This document shows, in pieces, positions 55,329 to 64,000 of a stretch of DNA of 64,000 nucleotides. Position numbers and translations under genes: made by a program. The DNA is taken from NCBI GenBank assembly GCA_048013815.1, contig CM106585.1, positions 16,802,001 to 16,866,000 of the forward strand, written 5' to 3'. The stretch is from Setoptus koraiensis. Taxonomy: Eukaryota > Animalia > Arthropoda. How positions within the stretch are numbered: position 1 is the stretch's first letter; each line of letters starts with the position of its first letter. The notes under the pieces were generated by a model, which did no database searches, was not told the origin of the DNA, and saw only the letters and a list, made by a program, of their open reading frames with translations.

Positions 55329-57818
55329 TTATTCAATACATCGAAGAATGAAGTCTGGTAACGCCATGTCTGTTTTCAATTGCATCGAGTCTTTACCATG
55401 GACAAGCAGTTTAACTTTTACAATATCAAAAACTTGTATAATCTGGACTAAATCGGGTTCTGGATTGCTCCCGTTTTCCTCTTGTTCAGGCTTTTTGTGA
55501 TTCTCTAATGTGCTTTGACTAGAAGTGTCGGTATTTTTCTTTTTCTTTTTGAGTTTTTTGGCTGCTCTTTTTGATGATTTCTTTATCCCTTTAGGATCTC
55601 TCCACTTGATGACAAGTCTTCTCACACCAGAGTAACTTTCGAATGAGAAACTCTCCAGATACTGCTCAAAGCTGCTCAGATGAACTCTTCCTTTTTCATC
55701 ACAGTTGATTAATAAAACATCAAAGGATCGATCATTTATTTTAGTGACACAAGCCATTTCTTCTAAAGGTCCACATTGTTTTACAAACAAGTTGAAGTAA
55801 ATTTTGGCACTCTGCTCCGACACATTCTTAGCGGCGAGTTTTCTTTTGTTACATAGTTCAGCTAATCCGGTTAGCGACATAACATCCTCACACAATGAAG
55901 AACTATAGCCCAATGAGGAGGATAGTAATCTATGAACGATTACGTCTGGATATCTTCTAATTGGTGATGTGAAATGTGTGTAAAAGGGTACATTGAGTGC
56001 ATAATGTTTAAATAGTGAAACATGCCCCAAGGCGCCAGTGCAAAAGTACTCAGCATTCTTCATGGCTCGAAGCAAAAAGCTTGTTATGACTTTCGACATA
56101 TTGGCATCCCTGCTCTCAATTTCATGCAAACTTCGCTGAATAGATTTTGATGAAGTCACATCTATCGAACAATTTTTAACTTTACAAAATTCTTCTACTT
56201 CTTTGAGTAGTTTCACATCAGATGGGGGATGTCGTCTCAAGAAGGCCAGGTCGGGGTAATGTTGATATATCTTTTTGGCAACAGCCATGTTAGCTAAGAG
56301 CATGAATTCTTCAATCAATGTGTTAGCTAGAGTTCTCTCTTGCACAGAAAAACCGTTAGGTATTCCAGTCTCAGAGTCCAGCTCAAATTGGAGCTTCAGT
56401 TTATCGATTCTTAAAGCACCACCCTCAAATCGTGTTTTGCGAAGATTGACAGCAATTTCATTCAACATGTTGACACATTTTGATATCAAGTTATAATCAT
56501 ATGCATAAAGTTGTGGCATGTTGACGCTTTCTTCGATCCAGCAAGTGTCATCTCGATTTTCGATCATATCTAATGCCTGTTCATAAGCCAACTTGACACA
56601 AGAACGTATTATTGTTCTGCCGAACCATTCGTCCAAAATTTTGCCATCCTTTGTCATCTTCCATATCACAGAAAATGTTAGCTTCGGCTCACCCGGCGTT
56701 AAAGAACATAACTTCTCACATAATATCCTAGGTAGCATCGGTATAACTCTATCCACTAAATAGACTGATGTTGTTCTTTCCCTAGCGATTAGATCGACAG
56801 CTGTAGATTCGCTGACAAAAAATGATACGTCAGCAATATGTACTCCTACCTCGTAAATACCAGGGCTGATTTCTTTTACAGAAACAGCATCATCCAAATC
56901 TCTGGCAGTCTTTGGGTCTATGGTGAATATGCATTCCTTCGTCAGATCCCTCCTGTATGAATATTCTGCCTCTGGAATCGACCAACTATCAGATAGATCA
57001 TTCAATCCATTGAGTTCATAAACCTCGGAGGGAAATTCAGTATCGTCAACCTGATTCTCTAAGAGTATAGCTTCAATTCTAGTTTCAATGGACTTCGTAT
57101 CACCTATAAGTCGTATAAGATCAGCTAGAGCAAACTCTCCCTCCCAGGAATTCATTTCTGCTGCGAATAATATGTTCGCGTAACGATTTGGGCTTGTCGT
57201 AAAGTCGTTAGGACATTGTTCTATAGGTACATACATCCTAGGGAATCGCGAATCAGTTGGAGAGAACAAAGCGAAGTGATTACCATTTTTGCATGGCTTT
57301 AAATATCCTCCGGCTATTCTAGGATGTGCGTACTCAACAATAGTCTCTACGTAACCAGTTCGTTGAACACACTCAAACCAGATGGGTAGTCTAATCAGAT
57401 GAGATGCAGTTAATTGAGAAATTTCAACAGGAAGATTAGTGGGTATCTTGGTGGAATTCTCATCGCTTATACTTGTCATATCATTCTTGACACTTCTTTT
57501 TGGTCGATTTTTATGAAGTTGAGGTCCAATCTTTTTCTCCATTGAATTAGATATTTTGTTTTCATTGATGATGGACGAGATCACTGGCTGCAAAATGCCA
57601 GACCATTCATCCCATCTATTTATTATTGTTTCAGTGTTAACTTTCCAGTATTCAAAATGGTTAATCCTAACAATTACAATATCTCCATCCATAGCCTTAT
57701 TTCTACTTTCAACATTTTCAATATATATATCTTGTCCTCCAGCAGGACAAGTCAGGAAGGCGTCATTATAGTTTTTTCGATTTATCCTAAGCCTACCTTG
57801 GACAGTGGGGTGTTCCAT
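55329..57818 (-). CDS. DIS3L2: DIS3-like exonuclease 2 (RNase II/RNB family), intronless, 829 aa
   Basis: Starts at a cold-shock domain (QGRLRIN..RNKAMDGDIV) with no PIN domain; catalytic FTIDPKTARDLDDA; GVHIADVS, TSVYLVDRVIPMLP, LIEEFMLLAN and YTHFTSPIRRYPD. Confidence 0.93.
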   Translation of the reverse strand: MEHPTVQGRLRINRKNYNDAFLTCPAGGQDIYIENVESRNKAMDGDIVIVRINHFEYWKVNTETIINRWDEWSGILQPVISSIINENKISNSMEKKIGPQLHKNRPKRSVKNDMTSISDENSTKIPTNLPVEISQLTASHLIRLPIWFECVQRTGYVETIVEYAHPRIAGGYLKPCKNGNHFALFSPTDSRFPRMYVPIEQCPNDFTTSPNRYANILFAAEMNSWEGEFALADLIRLIGDTKSIETRIEAILLENQVDDTEFPSEVYELNGLNDLSDSWSIPEAEYSYRRDLTKECIFTIDPKTARDLDDAVSVKEISPGIYEVGVHIADVSFFVSESTAVDLIARERTTSVYLVDRVIPMLPRILCEKLCSLTPGEPKLTFSVIWKMTKDGKILDEWFGRTIIRSCVKLAYEQALDMIENRDDTCWIEESVNMPQLYAYDYNLISKCVNMLNEIAVNLRKTRFEGGALRIDKLKLQFELDSETGIPNGFSVQERTLANTLIEEFMLLANMAVAKKIYQHYPDLAFLRRHPPSDVKLLKEVEEFCKVKNCSIDVTSSKSIQRSLHEIESRDANMSKVITSFLLRAMKNAEYFCTGALGHVSLFKHYALNVPFYTHFTSPIRRYPDVIVHRLLSSSLGYSSSLCEDVMSLTGLAELCNKRKLAAKNVSEQSAKIYFNLFVKQCGPLEEMACVTKINDRSFDVLLINCDEKGRVHLSSFEQYLESFSFESYSGVRRLVIKWRDPKGIKKSSKRAAKKLKKKKKNTDTSSQSTLENHKKPEQEENGSNPEPDLVQIIQVFDIVKVKLLVHGKDSMQLKTDMALPDFILRCIE

Positions 57819-58110
57819 TGTTTGTTGTGCGGTTTATAAAGTATCTATTAAGATTCATTAATAAATAATAGAGATTATAATGTGATTTTGATACTCCCCA
57901 ACGCAATTGAAGGTCAAAAATATATACATTAAACAATAAATATAGCCACGATATAATACACAAATGGAGAGACTATCAGATAAGATATATCAAGCCAGTC
58001 CGCGAGATCTACATCAATTGCTTCTGTAGACAGGTACACACGGTCTGTAGACACGTGAAAGATGAAATAACATAATCAACAGCTGATGAAAACAGGCTCC
58101 AGCAGCAAGC

Positions 58111-58465
58111 TAGTGCTGGGGGCAACTATGGGCGGTGGGGCATGCCCGTGTGCGGCACAGGGGCAGTGGGCAGCCGCCCAACGGGCAGGGATTTTGCGGG
58201 CAGCTTTTGGGCGAGATGGGCAGCAGGCGGGCAGCGGGCAGCATAGGGGCAGCAAAGGGGCTATTTAAAAAAAAATATAAAAAAAAATAAAAAAATGTAA
58301 ATAGCTCCTTTGCTGCCCCTATGCTGCCCGCTGCCCGCCCGCTGCCCATCTCGCCCAAAAGCTGCCCGCAAAATCCCTGCCCGTTGGGCGGCTGCCCACT
58401 GCCCCTGTGCCGCACACGGGCAGTCGCTGCCCATGCAGCTGCCCCTGCCCCTGCCCCCAGCACTA
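58111..58465. mobile_element. hAT-type MITE, 355 bp, with 8-bp target-site duplication
   Basis: 14-bp TIR TAGTGCTGGGGGCA (58111-58124 / 58452-58465); identical 8-bp flanks CAGCAAGC (58103-58110 and 58466-58473); internal 125-bp inverted arms (58143-58267 / 58298-58422, 2 mismatches) around a 30-bp A-rich spacer. Confidence 0.92.
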
Positions 58466-58933
58466 CAGCAAGCTCGTTGTGGGCTGACAGCGCGCCAAAT
58501 AAATTCAAAAAATATATAGCATGCGCATGGTCAATTCTTATTAGAGTACTGCACTGGCTGAGTCTCTTCCAGTATTCACTGTAGATTGAAAAAAGTTCCT
58601 GTAGAGGCGCTTTGACCTAAAAAATTGCACTACCGAACCCTTAGAGCGCTAATAAACCTTTCTCTCTTTGTGATTGATTAAATTTTTCGTGCATTTCCTG
58701 CACCTTTCACAGGGTAAAAAGCAAGCACAACAGCGACACCTATGCGGATTTGTGTTGAACCCATAATAGTTGAATTGGATTAACTCAACACAGTGTTACA
58801 TATCTCGGGGAAATGAAATTTATACATTGGTCTCATAGATTTCTATTTCTGCAATGAAACATTTCGGCCTAAGCTGGACGAAAACATGCCTTGAACCTTC
58901 TTTCAATTTGACCAACACAACCAGTATTACATA

Positions 58934-61900
58934 ATGGCTGAACTTAGTAATTCTAAGGTAGATACGTCAAATATGACCAATCGCGTATCACTTGAAAGGC
59001 TCATCGAGCTTGGAGTCCAGCGTACTTATCACGAGTTGACAGTGTTAGCCGAACTTTTACCAAGGAAAACAGATCTGGAGCGTAAAATTGAAATTGTCCA
59101 ATTCGTATCAAGGACAAGACAAACATTCGTCCGTCTTTTGGCTCTTGTCAAATGGGCCAGCAAACTGGAAGGTGGGGCCACAAAGGTAGAACAATGTATG
59201 GATATTGTATCATTCCTGGATAAGCAGGCACTCTTATTTATTAATACTGCCGACAACATGGCGAACATTGCTCGAACTACACTAGTCCAAGCTAGACTGC
59301 CCAGCTTTCAATTACCATGCGCTGTCGAGGTGCTTACTCTAGGAACCTACTCAAAGATGCCCACATGCATCAGGGATAGAATTGTGCCACCAGACCCAAT
59401 ATCACGTAAGGAGAAAAGGGCAACTTTACTTAAACTCAATCACATCATAGAGCAAAAATTGAGTGTATCAAATTTGCCACTTTGTATGCGCAATCTCAAG
59501 ATAGAATACGGACGAGTCACATTTCACGTGAATTATGAATTCGACCTCACTTTAACATTACTAGGCGATGGTCCAAATATTCCGTGGAAAGCACTAAATG
59601 TTGATATTCTTGTAGAGGACTCTGACACATGTGAGGGCAAAGACCTCGTCCACGGTAGACAGTATTTATATCTTCTTCAAGTTATACAGAACCGCCTAAA
59701 TGAAAGTTCTAATCCTCTACAAGAAGTCTATGCTCTTCTCCATGGTTTCTGTTCGAACCTCCAGATCGAAGTATTACACGATCAGATAGAAAGGCTCTTG
59801 CGAGATAGATTAGCCAGCTTCATCAAGATAGCTGAATATGTTCCTGGAAATAAACTAGCCATAACTTATTGGAAAAGTAAGAATTTACTGAGGATTGAAA
59901 CAGACAAAGCTGACCCCACCAAACCTCTCAAGTTAATCCATCAACCCGAACTTGTGATAAAAGAAGAGAAAATAGCCGAGTCTGAATTCAAACCTGGCAT
60001 ACTTTCTATCGAGAGACTTATAGCTGAAACAACACAAGAGCGGGCTCAATACAAACTCAGTCAAGTGGCAATCGAGATCAGAGAGAAGGGACTAGGATCT
60101 TGTAAAGTTATGGGTACTCCAGCATTGTTATATGTTTCTTGTCTCGAGCCGTGCCGCGCTTCGGAGGAATTAATAATTTCGATAGACGCATTGAATGGCT
60201 CATATCTAGCACATGTAGCTCAATATGAAAACAATTGTTCGATAGCAGAAAGTATTCAAGACGCGTTGAACAACAATAGAAGCAAACTGAAGAGTTACTT
60301 CAATCAATTAAGGATATGGCTTACCAAGAAAAGATGCAATAAAACAATTGAGTTCTTGTCAATCACAGTTTCAGAAAATTTGCCGCTCTGCACAAAAACA
60401 AATCAACCCAAGCTCGACGAAAACATACCTAGGATGTTTTTTCAATTCAACAAATACAATCAGCACTACATAATGGCCGAGTTTAGTAACTCTGAGGTCG
60501 ACTCATGTCGTGTGAATATAAAGTACCATTTACTAACTACGGAAACTATGACAGGTGATACCATTGATAGAGAATTATTCCCTGATGTGCCCGTAGAGAG
60601 TTTACAGAAAGATCTCATAGTCGCTGAGTCCATGATGGAGCTAACAATTCCCTATGTGATAGCTTCAAGTTACTCTCACAACTCTATAACCTCAGATGTG
60701 TCCTTAAATCTATCCGATTCTTTCGGAAAACGCTCAGCGCTCGATATTAACGGTGACTCTATCGGCTTATGGAGCAAGCGATTCAAGAAACAGTCCAAAT
60801 CTAGCTTCCATGTTGCAGACCTGCCTCATCTCATAGGATTCTGTGAAGAGAAACTGGCTTACCTTGGGCTTTCAGCAGAATTGAGGAAGAGAAATATCAC
60901 GCATCAAATTGAAAGATCAGAGACTTCAGGTTCTGCTCATTGCATAGCAATAGCTCGATTTCCGCATTCGTCATCCGTGCCGAATGGAGTTTCTGATGCT
61001 CTGCAGAAAGACACATTGAGCATAACTGTTACTCTGCAAGAGAAAGTTTCCAAGATCTGGATGGCTACTTACGTCTTTACTAATTGTCCTGTCGATTCGC
61101 AATCTGCAAAAGAGTGCGGCACCAGAAGATTAATATATATGAATTATGATTCAACAGTTAGCGCACAAAAGCAACCAGCTAAATTCATCGATGATCATCT
61201 ACTTGATTTAACATGTACCGCTTATTTATATGACGCTGTGAAAGAACTTGCTCACGATCTAAAATCGAATGAATCCTTCCAAAAATCTATAACAATAAGA
61301 AGTTTCAATTACAGGAGGATATGCATAGCATACGGACCCGCTAGGCATTATACAGTCACAATAATATGGAGAGCTTTAGATAGAAAATTTCATTTATCTT
61401 TTGGTGTCGCTGGCGGAGGACCATTCAACTCGAACCCACACGGTGCGATGACAATTCATATTCGACATGAATTCAATAAGCATAAATCTATCATGACTCT
61501 GATGCAGAATCTCAATCTTACTCTTGGCCCTCTTACGACACTACAAAATTGTACGAGTATAACTATATTGGGTGTAATGCCAAGTCGACCTCAAGTTCCT
61601 ACTCAATTATTTTGTTTGATGGCACTTTCTTCAACGCACGTCCGACTATATTATCGCAATAACTACTGTTTGGATATTAAATTTCATACCAATGGTCTCG
61701 TGGCTATTAGGGACGGTGCCTATAGTAGATTTGATCACATGAAGGCTATGGAGGAATTGACTCCAATTGCAGGGCTGAAAGCATATTTGAGTAAATACCT
61801 AGACAACGGAGCCACATTACTAACACTGGAGGGGTTGAGAAGAATGTGTCGTGGCGAATCAAATCAGCTCTCCTCACTGGAAAGATTCCTAGGTTGTGTA

Positions 61901-63022
61901 TTCACGAAGAAAAATCTGCAAAAGAATGCTAGAGCCAACAATAACAGGGTAAGCACCCCCCCCACACACACACACACACACAATACTCACAGTTTACTAA
62001 GCGTTAACAGCCAGGATAATGACATTAATTAATTTTTGTTTATTCAAAATGTTCTCGGTGCGTTTCCGTACAGGTGGAGAGATCCAACGAACCTAGTTTC
62101 ATACAACTTAAAGGCGAGCACATGATATATAGATTTACCATAGATCCATCTTTGGAGTCACTTCACATGGAGGCCATTACTATGCCAGAAGACAGTGGTG
62201 TTTGGACTTATGATGAAGTTGAAACACTGGAGAAGTACTTTGCGCTGAAAGTCGCTAGCTACCCCCACAAACCAGACGCTTTCATTAGTTTCAATCGTTT
62301 GCTAACTAGTATACCTTTGATACTTAAAAAAGACTTTATAGCTCTGTTGAAGATTGAACTAAATCCGGAGGCTGAGCCACACTTCAATCCTATTTGGAAT
62401 CTTTCAGTTAGCATGACTATACCACCTGGTGCAGTACCTTTGACACACCCAGGAATGTCATCTATATGCATAATCAAACCTCAAGTTATATTTTTCTTTG
62501 TAAGTCGAAAAAGTCAAAATCAAAAATCCCCACAAAACTTACTCCATATGAAACCTACTAATGAAGTATCTCTATATTATTTCAGATCCACCTGACAATG
62601 AAGAACGTTCACAATCACAGACCTGAGAAGGTGCCTCCTTCAGTCTACATACCCTTGTTATACGATAGTGATCAAAATGCTCTAAGTGTTCATTTACCTA
62701 GAGGAGTTGATTCCTTTTTAAATGGTATAAGTGAGCATCTAAGGAACTACTGCAACGAGTTTAGAAATCGTAATTTAGGTGAGTAGCACTAAAAGCGATA
62801 ACTAACAGATATAACTTTATATATCCTATATTATTTTAATATACTAACACATAATATATATATATATTACATGTCTAATGAATCTTCTCATCTTCTCTAG
62901 GTAATGGTGCACCTTGTGTATTACAATGTGCTATAAGAGATTTAATGTTGAGACCAGACCTGCTTAAGCTCCCCTATAACTCAACGCCGAGGAATGCAGT
63001 TGTTGAGATGGAAACTATGTAG
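58934..63022 (+). CDS. MED14: Mediator subunit 14, 4 exons: 58934..61948, 62074..62499, 62586..62778, 62901..63022 (~1251 aa)
   Basis: N-terminal LAELLPRKTDLERKIEIVQFVSRTRQTFVRLLALVKWA, RLPSFQLPCAVEVLTLGTY, DGAYSRFD, LERFLGC and CAIRDLM. Three GT-AG introns join in frame. Confidence 0.93.
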
Positions 63023-63428
63023 CTCAAAACAGATAACTCAATTGTAGAATCACCTCTATGTTCTAGTGATAAATAAAGTAATGGTATTTCTCTCAACAAT
63101 TATTACGATGAACACTTTTGCCTTAATAGGATATTGCTAAGAATATAACAATGCAAAGTCATGATTGATCAGTAAAGTATCTATTTTTTGATAGCAACAA
63201 TCTAATAACAACAATAAATCTAATTATTCAAATAACATTGAGTTGGTAGGAACGAGTCATTCATTTCTGGAACTAACAATGGCACCTTCTCGGGGTGATC
63301 TAAGGATGTGTTCCGAATGAGGGGAAGGAATCAGTTTCGCCTTTTAAATCGTGTCTGAAATCGAGGTAGAGATGAAGAATTCAAGTGATTATATCTAACT
63401 CAAGCGACTGATTTTTATTACATAGCAA

Positions 63429-64000
63429 CTAGAATTTACCAGGTCTTTTCCTGGCTGTATATTTGCTATCTCTTTTAACGATTTTGCCTTGCTTTCTAGC
63501 CCTCTCTTTCTTTTTCATGACAAACTCCTTCCGTCTACCAACTTCGTTCTTGACTGCATGTTTATTTGATTCCTCAACTATGGCGTTAGGTAGTTTGAAA
63601 CTAGCTCCTCCACAAGACAATACTAGAAAAAACTTCTTAGCCTTTGTGCTATTGGGATTATCAATAACGAGACCACCCGTGAAACCAGCTTTAAGGGCTT
63701 GTTGGTTGATCAGTTCAACTTGTTGAGGATTTTCTGGATAAAATTGAAACACAGCACGTGCTTGGCGCGATAGGCAGGTGTATAGTGATGTAAAAAGCTT
63801 CAACAGCCTCTTAGCTGGACTGTGTGTTTTCTTGTCGGCGTTACATAACCACTGCAAGGCGGATACACTGATTGCGCCATCAAATGAGCCCGGCTTGAAT
63901 GGCAGACCTTCACCTAAATCCGACAGAATGATCTGCATGTCATCCAAATCGCCATCTCCTTTGCGCTGCTTAGCGATATCGATCATAGCTTCACTTATAT
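63429..64000 (-). CDS. BUD23: 18S rRNA (guanine-N7) methyltransferase Bud23/WBSCR22, 5' part outside the window
   Basis: DLGEGLPFKPGSFDGAISVSALQWLCNAD, RAVFQFYPEN, GFTGGLVIDNPNSTKAKKFFLVL and C-terminal KYTARKRP. Confidence 0.95.
   Translation of the reverse strand, partial: ISEAMIDIAKQRKGDGDLDDMQIILSDLGEGLPFKPGSFDGAISVSALQWLCNADKKTHSPAKRLLKLFTSLYTCLSRQARAVFQFYPENPQQVELINQQALKAGFTGGLVIDNPNSTKAKKFFLVLSCGGASFKLPNAIVEESNKHAVKNEVGRRKEFVMKKKERARKQGKIVKRDSKYTARKRPGKF

Noticed and set aside
18516-57818. Bacterial contamination or horizontal transfer for the intronless RtcB, maltase, AdSS and RNB genes
   Set aside because: The sequences look metazoan-type and are interleaved with spliced eukaryote-specific genes; intron loss explains them better. 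A phylogeny would be decisive.
18576-63726. Antisense or alternative-frame ORFs overlapping the confident genes
   Set aside because: Shadow ORFs of real coding regions.

Overview
Eukaryotic (arthropod) genomic DNA. The compact, intron-poor gene set and divergent proteins suggest an acariform mite, possibly an eriophyoid; this is inference only. The first ~33 kb is GC-rich and gene-poor, with many GGGCCC-type palindromes and short degenerate tandem arrays. From ~33 kb on it is AT-rich and gene-dense. Supported genes: secreted EB-module-like protein, RtcB, mitochondrial citrate carrier, a small secreted Cys protein (2 exons), innexin, GH13 maltase, a Tc1/mariner-type HTH protein, an L(3)mbt-like SAM protein, eIF3k, a 9-exon ZP-domain protein, a 5-exon orphan gene, Elp4, EB1, adenylosuccinate synthetase, Dis3l2, Med14 and partial Bud23. 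Main observation: the innexin's missing C-terminal exon lies 9.2 kb downstream (37507..37633). Its intron contains two complete same-strand genes (maltase and an apparently domesticated transposase DNA-binding protein), a Tc1/mariner-like MITE, a perfect IR-1 nuclear-receptor element and several hairpins. Other highlights: a hAT-type MITE with an 8-bp TSD between Dis3l2 and Med14, an L(3)mbt-like protein without MBT repeats, a Med14 apparently missing its Ser/Pro-rich disordered region, and a perfect 25-bp hairpin. All exon models were built by eye, and all family assignments are from recalled motifs, not database searches.
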